Shown here in pieces: positions 12,845-27,065 of a stretch of 64,000 nucleotides of DNA. How positions within the stretch are numbered: position 1 is the first letter of the stretch; each line of letters starts with the position of its first letter. The stretch is from Octopus vulgaris (lineage: Eukaryota): assembly GCA_951406725.2 (NCBI GenBank), contig OX597820.1:118048001-118112000 (forward strand), given 5' to 3'. The notes beneath the pieces were generated by a model that worked only from the letters and a program-made list of their open reading frames with translations, did no database searches and was not told the origin of the DNA. Made by a program: the position numbers and the translations under genes.

Positions 12845-13469
12845 CACACTATTTTCATTATGTTTTGGTATCCATAATGGCAGAGAGTTGGCAGGGTGGT
12901 TAGAGCGTCGGATAAAAAGTTTTTGTTCGAATTGTTCCGGCACTCTGAGATCAATTTTGCATTTTATTCTTCGGGTAGTGGAGAAGGTCGATAAACAAAG
13001 TAACTGTCAAATACTGAGATCGATTCTTCTCCCCCTCACGGAATTGCCGTGTGAGGGATCTTACAGCGTTCCTTTCTGCATAAAAAGGTGAGGAATTGAT
13101 CGGAGGCGGGCATAAGCAACTTCTTTTCATAAAGGAAGTAATATACTCCTAGAATATGCCAAAAGCGGGCCCCCGCCTCGCACATATATATTGCAAAATT
13201 TAAGAGGTTTCACACGAGTAAATCCATATTAAAAAAGAAGATATTTTTGAGAACTTTATAATTGATAAAAGTAATAAGGTATTTACATAGTTATCAAAAT
13301 ATGCTACCAGTTTCAATCGCTTAAAAAGACGATTTACTCATGCTGTATGAAAGAAAAATAAATTGAAATAAATAGAATTAAATTAAACTTTTAGGATAGC
13401 AATTCTTAAAAAAAGAATTACTCGATGTTCCGTCTTCTTCTGATAGTTGCTGGGATGTGAGGGTATATA

Positions 13470-13570
<101 letters not shown>

Positions 13571-13737
13571 GAGTTGATTATCATTACCAAAGAAATACAA
13601 TGAGCGCTGTACTACAAGGCAGACAGCTTACTTAATATTCCAGTTTTGATTACTTTAAACAGAAATTCCTAAAGAACGTAATTTTTCTAACATTCCTATT
13701 CTTTGACATTTCTTTTCATGTTCTATCTATATTTCTA

Positions 13738-13886
13738 GTTGTTGTTGTTGTTGTTTTTCTTCTTCCTCTTCTTCTTGTTCTTGTTCTTGTTCTTCTTGTT
13801 CTTCTTGTTCTTCTTCCTCTTCTTCTTCTTCTCCTTCCTCTTCTTCTTCCTCTTCTTCTTCTTCTTCCTCTTCTTCCTCTTCCTCT

Positions 13887-13918
<32 letters not shown>

Positions 13919-13994
13919 TTCTTCTCCTTCTTCTTCTCCTTCTTCTTCTTCCACCACCACCACCACCACCACCACCACCACCACCACCACCACC

Positions 13995-14036
<42 letters not shown>
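13738..14036. repeat. Compound trinucleotide microsatellite (TTG)(TTC)(CAC)(TAC)
   Basis: Direct reading. Confidence 0.95.
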
Positions 14037-14038
<2 letters not shown>

Positions 14039-15179
14039 GTATGATTTATGTGAAAGTTCCAATGAGAAATAATCAATGAGACAAATTAGCGAAATTGTGG
14101 AATCGGTTTCGTGAATGCGTGTTGTCTAATTTAATGTTGGACTGGAAAAACCACAAAAACAACAGCAAAAACACAAAAACAAACATCATTAATTAGCGGG
14201 TCAAAAGAAATTAACTTCGTTTAAACCTTGTCACCCAGACATGTCATTATTGAAGCTAAATGAAAGAGATTTCGAAATCGACCTGGTTTTTTCTCTCCAT
14301 AATCCTCCGTTAAGTCTAATGAAACATTCAGGGATCGAATCGAATTAAGCAAATTCATATTCTGGAAATCAAAGGTCGCTCTAGACGCGTGTAACCGCTT
14401 AAAATTAATAAGCTAGCCAATTATTTGAGGTTCACACGAAACTTATAAGAAGGGAGTGGAGCTGAGAACGAACGTAGCCTTTTTAACCTTGTTTCGCCAT
14501 CTTGGCATCTGATTGTAATGTCTGAGAGAGTTTTGTAGAATTTTGCGTCTCCACTTAAGGATCAATGGGTCACAAGGTCGACAATGCTTCGTTAATAAAG
14601 TGCCAATACTAATCTCACACAACTTTACTGCGCATTTAGAGCCACCACAATTGGAAGAAGTAATTATATTAAGAGAGTGTCAAAAGTTCGTCTTAAAACT
14701 ATTTGGGGCAGTTGTTGGTGTTCTTATTGTTGTTATCGATAGCAGGATAGGCGGATGGAGAAACAGTAAAACAGCTGAGTGATTGAATTTCAATATATTT
14801 AGAAGACTGATTGCAAGTCATTGTGAGTGCCTTTTGAGTGAAAAAAAATTATAGTTAAGTGAGGAGATAATAAAATGTGTAATACAATGAGACCAGCGGC
14901 TTTTTATTAACCAAGCTACACCAGTACTGAGGAGAAAAAACCCATTAGCGTTGATGATAAATTCTGGTCAAGAGATGCAAGGGTGATAACTCTGATATCC
15001 ACAAATGGAATTCAGACATGCAGTAAAAAGTTAGTTAATCTCCATATGTTGGTAAATCCAAATATATATATATATCAGTCTTATTTGAACTCGTCAGTGA
15101 AGTATAGTCTAACCAGTATTTGCTAGATTGTGTCCAGAGATCGGCTTGTCAAGAGCTTCCAGTTGCGTCTGTGTTGTGC

Positions 15180-15500
15180 TGTAGGCCTACACTCAGTCGT
15201 GCTCCTGTCTCTAGTTCGTTCTTTTATGTCATCAGAACACACAAACGTCTTTGACAGCGCCTTGCTTTCTCTTCCTCAACCCTTCCAGTGAGAATGGTCT
15301 TGGGCGATGACTCCTGAAGTATTTTATGTGCGAAATATGACAGCCTTGTGGACTCTTTTCTCGACGGCAGGTATCTTTGGACTTTTAGATTTTCAACTAT
15401 CCCAACACTGGTTACCCTATATTTCCAGCTTATCTTGCTCAATCTGCGGAAGTTCCACACCTTATAGGTTTCTGCCTTTCTTGACAACTCGCGTCAAAAT
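15180..15500 (-). mobile_element. Decayed RTE-clade LINE 3' fragment
   Basis: ORF 15224-15487 contains WNFRRLSKISWKYRVTS...RLSYFAH...ILTGRVEEEKARRCQRR, matching RTE C-terminal motifs (RR.L.ISW..RVTN, L.YFGH, G.VEG.R.RGRQR). Confidence 0.7.
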
Positions 15501-16160
15501 TCGGTTACGTCTGTTCCGGTAATCAGGGGTGACTTGGTCAGCGAATCTTTCGTGGTGGTCAGCAATCGACCGCAAGATTAGCTGCCAAGGACCACACTAT
15601 CTCAAAGTGTGTATACATGTATGTGACCGGGGACCACACGTAAATTTGTATTCCCACTGAAACTCCAAACATGACCTCTACATCTCAACAAGCGAATGAT
15701 GACTACGGCTGCGAGGTCTGTGCTCTCCGACGCGCTTGCTCTCCTAGTGTGGCATTTGTCAAATTTGCCAGCTGAATTTCGGGTCTGCAGACACAAGCAT
15801 TACTTTGCCAGTTTGAACGTTAGAACGCTGGCTTCTCTCGAAAACTTCACCCTCGACAACTGCTGACCGCCGGTTATTACAGCCTCGACTACGGTGGTAT
15901 CATATCTTTTTCATTCTTATAAATGTTGTTTAAGCCTTATTCATTATTTAAATAATTCTTCGCAGTAAAGTTCCTGATTTATTATTTATTCTAAATAACA
16001 GAAGCTTATTTTTATTTGTTCAAGATTCTCTCCATCTTCCTTTATATTCGTAATTACCTTTTTTATATTCAAAAAATCATCCTTCACTTCTTTATTCTTA
16101 CACCTTCACACCTTCTCTGTCGCCATAAATCTCACTGGTCTACTTACATATTTCATGACA

Positions 16161-16966
<806 letters not shown>

Positions 16967-16990
16967 TCTGACTGTCTGTCTGTTTGTCTA

Positions 16991-17032
<42 letters not shown>

Positions 17033-17058
17033 CATCTATCCGTCCATCTATCTGTCGG

Positions 17059-17133
<75 letters not shown>

Positions 17134-18579
17134 GCCTGTCTGTCTTTATATTTGTTTGTATGTTTAATTACACACACACACACATACGCATGCGCACACA
17201 AAAATATATTTATACTGGATGCCGATTATAGAACAGAATCCAAGAAATGCGAACGTGCAAATGCCGAATTTCAAATCATCAAAAAATCAGAAAGTAGAAA
17301 AGGTTGAAAGATTAAGAATATTAAATTTCAGAAGGAAAGGAATTTGAAGAGCAAAATAAGCAATTACTAGCGCCTGTATTCAGTCTGTTAGTCTCTGGAA
17401 TATTTATCCAATGGAATTTAAAATTTTCCATCTTCGGACTGTCTCCTGTCATGTAAGAATGTTTTTTAAAAATCACTTTTTTGCTTGTTTTGCTTCCCTT
17501 TCTTCTAACCCTTCACGAGTGTTTGCACCTTTGAATAAGGGTTGTTTAAGAATGTTGAATGAAATACCCATGTTTCCAAAGGTGAATTATCCAAACCCCA
17601 AAGAATTCCTCTCAACACATGGCGGCTATTATTACTATTACTGCGTCTGGCCACAGTCAGGTGACTGAAACAAGTAAAAGAATAAAAGAATATACGTATA
17701 TTATGTATGTATGTATGTATGTATGTATGTATGTATGTATGTATGTATGTGTGTGTGTATATATTAGTACTGTTATTTTATATATAATAACAAAGGGTAA
17801 AATTAATTAAGAAGTAATTAATAATTTCACCAAGTAGAATTCGATATGAAAAAAGGATCATTTCACGGTAAGTTTAAGTAATACTAATAAAAAGGGTTCA
17901 GCAAAGATTTGCTTCACCACACACCGAAGTTTAGAAATAGCAGTCAAAAATCTTAGCTATTTCTTCTACTTTAAAAGGGGGTTTCCCGGAGAAACCAAAA
18001 TACTTGAAGATAATTCACACAAGCAGAGAGTAAAGCAACGAAAATCAATCAATATCTGGTTATCCATGGACTTTATATAGATATATTTTTCATCAGTGTT
18101 TTATCGTAAATGCCACAAAATTCTTGCCTTCCTTTTTACCTCACTCTCGAGCCAGATACCGACTCTTTGCTTCCACCCATTCTTCACACACAAAGTACGA
18201 TTATATCTACATACCAATCTCCCACCATCCCCGCTGTCCAACACCGCTACACTTCCACATTTCCACACTTCTACATACCGACATACCCCCAGAAATCTTC
18301 ATATACAGATCGCCCTAATCATTCTTACAAAGTCTCCTCATCCCTTCCTAATTCCCCCACGGAACCACACTCCCATCTGACCTCAAAGCCCATCGTTTTT
18401 TTTCCTCCAACCATTTTTCTCAATCATTCTCTTTCATTTTTCTTTTTCTTCTGATAAAAGACTAACGTCCGAAGCGTTCAGGCCTAAAACCTATCCTTCC
18501 TTTGTTGTCTTCCTTTTCTGTGCATTGCATTCATAGCATGCGCACACACGCACACACCCTCCTCCCACAAAGATAGATA

Positions 18580-18932
18580 TCTATTATATAAAATCATTCT
18601 GTCTGTCTGTGTGTGTGTCTTCTAGGATCTCGGGCATTCTCCATCCGATTGCGCTCAAATTTGATATGTAGATACCGACGGTATCAGGGCGTGTATAAGT
18701 CTTGAAAAAATTACAAAAATCGATTCCAGGTGAGAATGCGACCGATAAAGTATTCTTTGGAATAGAAAAAAGTCTATCTTTATTTCTTCTTTTGCTGGTG
18801 TCTCAAATTTAGGTTAAATCAGTGTTTATCAAAGGGGAGGCCTATGGGACGGTCGGACAAGTTGTTTTGAAAAAATTTGGTTTAGATGTTTGACAACTCA
18901 GCACCGTCCATTGGACGAGGGGCGTTTTGCTC

Positions 18933-18933
<1 letters not shown>
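18580..18933 (+). mobile_element. Probable short non-autonomous Helitron
   Basis: A|TCTATTATATAAAA 5' end, internal (TCTG)n, subterminal hairpin CGTCCA-T-TGGACG (18905-18917), end CTCG|T (one mismatch from CTAG). Confidence 0.55.
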
Positions 18934-18990
<57 letters not shown>

Positions 18991-19329
18991 GTAGATATAC
19001 TATATATATATGATTTATTTTAATTATTGAATTTGCGTAATAATAATGCGTGGGAGTATAATCTTTGGTGAATAAAATTTAGTGAATTTGTATTGAATTC
19101 ACCAGAATTTTTTTGAATATTGATATTTCTCTGAGAAAGATTGAAAGTCAGGCGTGGTAGATAAATAGATAGATAAAAGCAAGGGAGAGAGCTTTAGATT
19201 CATGGAGAGAGGGAGAGAGAAAGGGAGAGAGAGAGAGAGTCTTTGCGAGTGTTATCTCATGCTTAAGATGAACCTGTAGATTAGACGGAGAAAAGGTAAA
19301 AAAACATCTTTCGATTTTTTAAACATGAG

Positions 19330-19449
<120 letters not shown>

Positions 19450-19558
19450 TATCTATAGGGAAATTGAAATTCATAGTTACATGATTATATATGAATATAT
19501 ATGCATATATATATATATATGTATGTATATGTACATATATATGTGTGTATCTATATGC

Positions 19559-19599
<41 letters not shown>

Positions 19600-19924
19600 C
19601 ATATATACACACAGGCACACGTGTGTGTGTGTGTATGCTTAATCCACTTGCAAGCACTTCAGGCTGTAATTTTATAAGGTTTTTCCATTCAATCAAAACA
19701 GGTTTTGCTTTATCTTGTTGCTTGTATTACACACAAACGGCAAAAATTTGAGAACCACTTCAATTCAACTGATTAACAACTCTCTTTGTTTGACTCTATT
19801 CTCTGTGTTACATCGCGTTTAATTATAAGTTCTTCCAAAAGGAGGCAACCCCATGAAAGGTCTGCCGCTGACTTATAAAATATGTTTTCGCACCCCTTAA
19901 AGTAATAATTTATTTATTTATTCA

Positions 19925-20287
19925 TTTTTTATTCTAGGCACAGGGCCCGAAATTTTTGAAGAGAGGACCAGTCGATAAGTTCGATCCCAGTACGAAACTG
20001 GTACTTAATTTATCGTCCCTTGAAAGGATGAAAGGCAAAGTCGACCTCGGCGGAACTTGAACTCAGAACGTAACGGCAGACGAAATACCTATTTCTTTAC
20101 TACCCACAAGGGGCTAAACACAAAGAGAACAAACAAGGACAGACAAACGGATTAAGTCGATTATATCGACTCCAGTGCGTAACTGGTACTTATTTAATCG
20201 ACCCCAAAGGATGAAAGGCAAAGTCGACCTCGGCGGAATTTGAACTCAGAACGTATCGGTAGACGAAATACCGCTAAGCATTTCGCT
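19925..20287 (-). mobile_element. SINE group C dimer
   Basis: Two head-to-tail units joined at GAAATACCTATTTC (about 20082-20095). Confidence 0.85.
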
Positions 20288-20692
20288 TATATAAATCCGG
20301 CCCTGCTCGCATTCCCTGGAATGTTATCTCGCACCCCCAAGTGGAGCGAGCACCCCTCATTGGGAAATCTTGGTTTAAAGTATCTTTATGAGTGAATTTG
20401 CTTTGATACAAAACTTCTTTCATCTAAAATTCATTGAAAATTCTTGAAGATTTAAGTTAGATTATGGTTTATTGAGGAGGTCTGGAGTTGTCATTGATTA
20501 GATCGGAGTCTCTCCCCAATCAATTTGTTACCATGAAGTTTCCACAGTCATGTTGTTTGTTCCTCAGACAGTGTAAGACTGGCCAGTTCACATGATGCAA
20601 GTCAAACTAGAAGCACGATACACAAACACGACTGACGAATTTACAAGCTGGCTTCTTAATCTTGCCAAACGCTCATATCTGTTCTGGCTTTA

Positions 20693-20903
20693 AGGCGGCA
20701 AGCTGATTGAACAGTTAGCAGGTCGGATAAAATGCTTAGCGGAATTTCATCCGTCGTTACGTTCTCAGTTGGAATTCCGCCGAAGTTGGCTGTGCCTTTC
20801 ATCCTTTGGGGTCGATGAAATAATTACCGGGTGAGCACTTGCATCGATGTAATCGACTTAGACCCCGCCTGCCAAATTGGTGGACTTGTGCTAAAATTTG
20901 AAA
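20693..20903 (+). mobile_element. SINE group C, diverged
   Basis: AGGCGGCAAGCTG head and GCCTTTCATCCTTTGGGGTCGAT motif. Confidence 0.8.
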
Positions 20904-21648
20904 ACAAAGTGTTCTGCATCTCCTATCGTCATCGGAGTGGCGTTTCTGTATCCCTTGTATGAAACCAAACCCCCTTTAGAGTACAAGGAAGAAACTTCAG
21001 GATTGTCCAGAGAAACTATTGCACTGGCTTGTGTATTGAATACTCCTTCCTGTTCTTGCCATACGCGCATACATATACACACATATGGACAAAGAAAGAG
21101 AGAGTGAGGGAGGGGGAGAGAGGGAGAAAGGGAGAGAAAGAGAAGGGTTGGACAAAATGATGGAAACATCTTGTTAAATTGCAGTCCTCTTGTAATCTGC
21201 GTTTTATCGAGCTGAGGACGAAGGGTTTTGGTTAGGTCACCATTGGCAATATGCTGTTTAAGCTCTGCGGTCATTTTGCTGACTTCGATGCTTTCTAGAC
21301 ACAACATGTTTCGCTATTCTGCAGTTCTCATCAGCGAGGTTTGTCTTCCGTCCTGAATTATGCTTGCCAGACATAGTTTTACTATACCGGCATGATTTCA
21401 GAGACTGTACTTCTCGAAACAGTAAAAAAAACCAAAAAAACTCAGTAGTTTTAGCGATCGAAGCTCCATCTATCGGCGCGCCAACAATCTAGAAATGAGA
21501 TAGATCACAAATTTTAATTTATTTAAATGTAAATATCTGAAAAAAGCAAAGTAAACCAAAGGGCCGTATCATAAAGTACAAGGCGTATATAATGCATATA
21601 AACACACATTCAGACGAGAACAGTTCTGAAGTCGTCATATTGTCAATA

Positions 21649-21954
21649 GTGGAGGCACATGGCCTAGTGGTTAGAGCAGCGGACTCGCGGTCGAGGGATC
21701 GCGGGTTCGAATCTCAGACTGGGCGATGTGTGTGTTTATGAGCGAAAACACCTAAGCTCCTCGCGGCTCCGACAGAAGGTAGTGGCGAACTTCTGCTGAC
21801 TCTTTCGCCACAACTTTCTCTCACTCTTTCCTCCTGCATCTTGCAGCTCATCTGCGACGGACCAGCGTCCCGTCCAGGTGGGGAACCAATACGCCAAGAA
21901 ACCGGGAAACCGGCCCTTATGAGCCAGGCATGGTTCGAGAAGGAACAAACAACA
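21649..21954 (+). mobile_element. SINE group B, body type 3 (V-domain-like), with 10-bp TSD
   Basis: tRNA(Arg)-like head; CTGCGACGGACCAGCGTCCCGTCCAGG resembles the V-SINE central domain; TSD ATTGTCAATA at 21639-21648 and 21955-21964. Confidence 0.85.
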
Positions 21955-22304
21955 ATTGTCAATAATTTTTCACAATCCCTATATATGAATAATTTCTCTT
22001 TCTTTTTTTTTCTCTCTCTCTATCTCTCTCTTTGTCACTACTTATATCTCCTCTCTATCTTCTATCTACCCTCCTTAAAATGTATCCATGTGAAAAAATA
22101 ATTAATCGGCTGCTATGTCTCCGTTGAACGCTTGTCACGTGACCTGATAGTTTCGGCTGACGCAACACATGGTTATCACACATCAAACATGAGTACAACT
22201 ATATACCAAAGCTCCATATGAGAGGTTCTCTCGTGGCAAATAACGCAGTATTTGGTGTTCTAAGACAACATCCACTTTTAGGTGGGTATAAAGACTATCT
22301 TTTA

Positions 22305-22591
22305 GTATGCATGCATGTATGTATGTACGTATGTATGTATGTATGTATGTATGTATGTATGTATGTATGTATGTATGTATGTATGTATGTATGTATGTAT
22401 GTTGTATGTATGTATGTATGTATGTATATTTGTATGTATGTATGTATGTACGTATGTATGTATGTGTGTGTGTATATATGTATGTATGTATGTATGTATG
22501 TGTGTATGTATGTATGTATGTATGTATGTATGTATGTATGTATGTATGTATGTATGTATGCATGCATGCATGTATGTAAGTATGTATGTAC

Positions 22592-22622
<31 letters not shown>

Positions 22623-22670
22623 CGTACGTATGTACATATGTATGTATATATGTATGTATGTATGTATGTG
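22305..22670. repeat. (TATG)n microsatellite
   Basis: Direct reading. Confidence 0.95.
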
Positions 22671-23122
22671 TGTCTATGTGTGTAAGCAGAGAAAGAGAGA
22701 GGGAAAGAGAGAGAGAAAGATGAAAAAGAGAATGTGGGAAGTGAGTATGAATACAGGGAAGAGAAAACGGAAAATAAAGTAGATTGACGTGAACTTTACA
22801 GATAATTAATTCAAATTAGGTAAGAATATATTATGTTAGCGTTAACAGAGTATTGAATGCCGCCATCTTGTTAAATGATCGAAATAAGGCAGAGAAAGTA
22901 AGAATTTAAAGAAGGAATTAAAAGGAGTTTAAAAAAAAACGTAAAGCGACCGAAATGGACTTAACCTGATAAAACGGATCGAAATTCGCCTCCATTGGAC
23001 TGTAAAACTAACCCCAAAACAAACACAAAAATGTACCTTTCTAAATGGTGTCCTCAGGGAACAGAGACAAATAAGCTGCTGTTTCACCTCATCCGTACCC
23101 ACCGACCCCACTTTCTCTACAT

Positions 23123-23151
23123 TTATCATCATCAACATCACCACCACCATT

Positions 23152-23188
<37 letters not shown>

Positions 23189-23210
23189 CCACCATCACCA
23201 TCACAATCAC

Positions 23211-23254
<44 letters not shown>

Positions 23255-23322
23255 CCATCATCACCACCACCATCACCATCACAATCATCATCACCATCAT
23301 CATCATCACCATCATCATCACC

Positions 23323-23354
<32 letters not shown>

Positions 23355-23381
23355 CATCATAATCGTCATCATCACAATCAC

Positions 23382-23419
<38 letters not shown>

Positions 23420-23522
23420 CAATCACCATCATCATCATCATCATCATCATCATCACCATCATCATCATCACCATCATCATCATCACCATCACCATCATCA
23501 TCATCATCATGATCCTTATCAC

Positions 23523-23554
<32 letters not shown>

Positions 23555-23635
23555 CCACCACCACCACCCATCATCATCATCATCATCATCATCATTATCA
23601 TCATCATCATCATCATCATTATTATTATTATTATT
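23123..23635. repeat. (CAT/CAC)n microsatellite
   Basis: Direct reading; source of poly-H/M/D pseudo-ORFs. Confidence 0.95.
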
Positions 23636-24126
23636 GCTGTTGTGTATATAACTGTTTGTTGTTACCATCGTTATCATCATCATCGTCATTCTCACATCAT
23701 CCTATTCCTCCTCCTTCTGCTCCTTCCCCTCCTCCTCCTCCTCCTCCTCATCATCAAGATTCTCTATTTATTTCGTCTTCTACTTTTCCTTCTTCTTCTT
23801 CTTCTTCTTCTTCTTCTTCTTCTTCTTCTTCTTCTTCTTCTTCTATCCTTCCACGACGTCTTGCCAGCCTGTATGTTTTTTTTCCCCTTAATGAGATGTG
23901 ATAGCAATTTTTACCTCATTAAGCTAATTGATTCAGCTAGGTAAGCCCCGAAGAAGGAGAGATAGGTGAAACAGTTTAGAGATAAGTGGAATGGTGGAAG
24001 AACTAATGTAATCTGGATGTAGACGGAATAAGCAGGTAGGAGAGATGTGTTGGAGGGGAAGATTGGGAGAGTCTTTGGATATCTGAAGGCCAGAGACGTT
24101 GAGAACAGGAGAGAAAGAGAGAGAAA

Positions 24127-24170
<44 letters not shown>

Positions 24171-24257
24171 TAGACAGAGATAGTGAGAGACAGAGAAGGA
24201 AAGAGAAAAGGAGGGAAGGAGTTCAAGAAGATTTTTGCCTGAATGCATATGTTAGTA

Positions 24258-24261
<4 letters not shown>

Positions 24262-24309
<48 letters not shown>

Positions 24310-24361
24310 CGTGTATCAATCGTGGGTATATATATATATATATATATATAATGTGTGTATA

Positions 24362-24407
<46 letters not shown>

Positions 24408-24509
24408 ATATTCATATATATATAATATATATATATATATATTATATAATATATAATGTATATATATATATATATAATATATATAATATATATAATATAT
24501 ATATATATA

Positions 24510-24572
<63 letters not shown>

Positions 24573-24585
24573 TATATATGTCTGA

Positions 24586-24628
<43 letters not shown>

Positions 24629-24720
24629 CCTATCTGTGTATATATACGTGTGTGTGTGTACGTGCTCACACACACACACACACACACATACACACACACA
24701 CACAAACACACACACACACC
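24262..24720. repeat. Compound (TG)(TA)(TCTA)(CA) microsatellite
   Basis: Direct reading. Confidence 0.9.
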
Positions 24721-25379
24721 TATATCTGATCTGACTTAGATTTGCATTACTGAATGTTTCGTCAAACGCGTATCTCTCTCTCCCTCTCCCACACTCTCCC
24801 CCTTTCTCTCTCTGTCTATCTATCTAACTATCTATCTATAACAGTGTCTGCTTGTACGTATTCGTGCGTGCGTCTGTGCTTGAATACAGCAGATGTGAGC
24901 GCATTAGCTCGGTAGAGTGGAAAAGTCAAAGCAATACACGTGGAGAGGGAGAGAGAAAGAACCCCCCCCCCCAAAAAAAAATAAAATAAAACACACAGCA
25001 ACAAAGAGAAAACTGGAATAATGTACATATGGGGAAATAAGTTAAGAAATAAACGAAGAAAAATATCATAGAAAACAATAATAAAAGACCGAAATAAAAA
25101 CAACTCCAGCTGCAGCAGCAACAATAACGACAACAACAACACCAAAATTAAATAAAGTAGAAGAGAATAACCCGAAAGAGGAGGAGATAGATATTTTAAG
25201 CAGCCATATTAGATTTATAAACTTCTTGAGGCTGAGACGGATTGGACAGCGAGGAAGATTGGAATACAGCAACAACAACAGCAATAACAAATAAAAGAAG
25301 AAATATAACATTTAAAGGAGGAGATGGATGATTCTTCGATCGATTATGTTTCATCGTTTCTAAGGACTATTCAGATGTT

Positions 25380-25504
25380 TATGTATGTGTAGGTATGGAT
25401 ATATGTATGTATGTATACATATATATACATATATATATTTATATTTATGTATATGTATGCATATATATATGTTTTTACATATATATATGTATATATATAT
25501 GCAT

Positions 25505-25557
<53 letters not shown>

Positions 25558-25758
25558 CATATATATATGCATTCATATACATAAATATAAATATATATAT
25601 GTATATATATAAATATATATATGTATATATATGCATATACATATATATATATATATATGTATATGTATATACACATATGTATATGCATATATATATATAT
25701 ATTTGTCTATATACATATATACACATACATATATACATACACACATATGTATACTTGT

Positions 25759-25796
<38 letters not shown>

Positions 25797-26388
25797 TATA
25801 TACACATTATATTTATGGTATATATTAGTTCGTGCTATATAATTATATACTATTTTGTAATACTTATATATTTCTATAAACATTTATATACGCTTCCGCA
25901 TTGTATATGATATTCGACCACATATGCATTCAAACGCATACACATGCAAACAAGTATTTCCAAACACCCCCCCACACACACAGAAATACACACAAAGTCA
26001 CACAAATACCACACACACACATACAGATACGCACGTGTGCACACCATAACAGATATATTAACGCAATCATCTCCGCAGTTTGAAAAACACTGAAAACAAA
26101 AATACGCCTATACATTATAGAGCGACAAATGCATACACATACACACACATATATGTACACATACATATACGTATATGTATATACATACATACATGCATAC
26201 ATACATACATATATATATGTATATATATATATATGTATGTATATATATATATATATATATATTTACATATATGTATACATGAATGTATACATTGTACATA
26301 TACATATATAAATATGAATGTATACATGTAGATACACACACACACATATACATATACACATATACACATATATGAATATATATATGCG

Positions 26389-26426
<38 letters not shown>

Positions 26427-26487
26427 TGCGTGTGTATATACACAAAAGTTACAGACACATATGCACACAAACACACACATACACTTG

Positions 26488-26519
<32 letters not shown>

Positions 26520-26622
26520 TAAATACACACATACTCAGAGAGAGAGAGAAACACGCACCCACACATACATACATACATACATACATACATACATAAAATA
26601 TATACATACATACATAGATACA

Positions 26623-26689
<67 letters not shown>

Positions 26690-26700
26690 TATATTTAAAC
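25380..26700. repeat. Degenerate (TA)/(CA)/(TACA) low-complexity region
   Basis: Direct reading. Confidence 0.85.
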
Positions 26701-27065
26701 ATATATTTATGGAAGTTTTGATTTATGACGAGAGAAATTGATAATATCTTGGAATAATCTTGCTGAGACAACCGAATTCTTCATATGTGCAAAACGAAAA
26801 GAAATATGACAATAAAAGAGAAATATTTCTCTATTGAATTTCAATCCTTAAATTTCAGATATATATTATTGGTTCTAGTTTACATTTTATGTGGATATTA
26901 ATGTTCTCATGGGGAAGATAACAACAGCTTAGCGCTGGCAGATTGTTGTTATGTTACAATATATTATTACTTTTACACTTGGCCTTCTGCCAATGTAAGA
27001 CTTCAGTATTCTTCTGACACGTCACCGCCGATGATGTATGCTAACTTATGAATTTCCTACTCCAT

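Noticed and set aside
15790-15845. FASLNVRTLAS as the start of an APE endonuclease
   Set aside because: Only one short motif, with no continuing frame; too weak to call
20891-21307. 138-aa ORF as an exon
   Set aside because: No recognisable domain and it runs through GA-rich low-complexity sequence
22929-23651. Poly-His/Met/Asp ORFs
   Set aside because: Translations of a (CAT)n microsatellite
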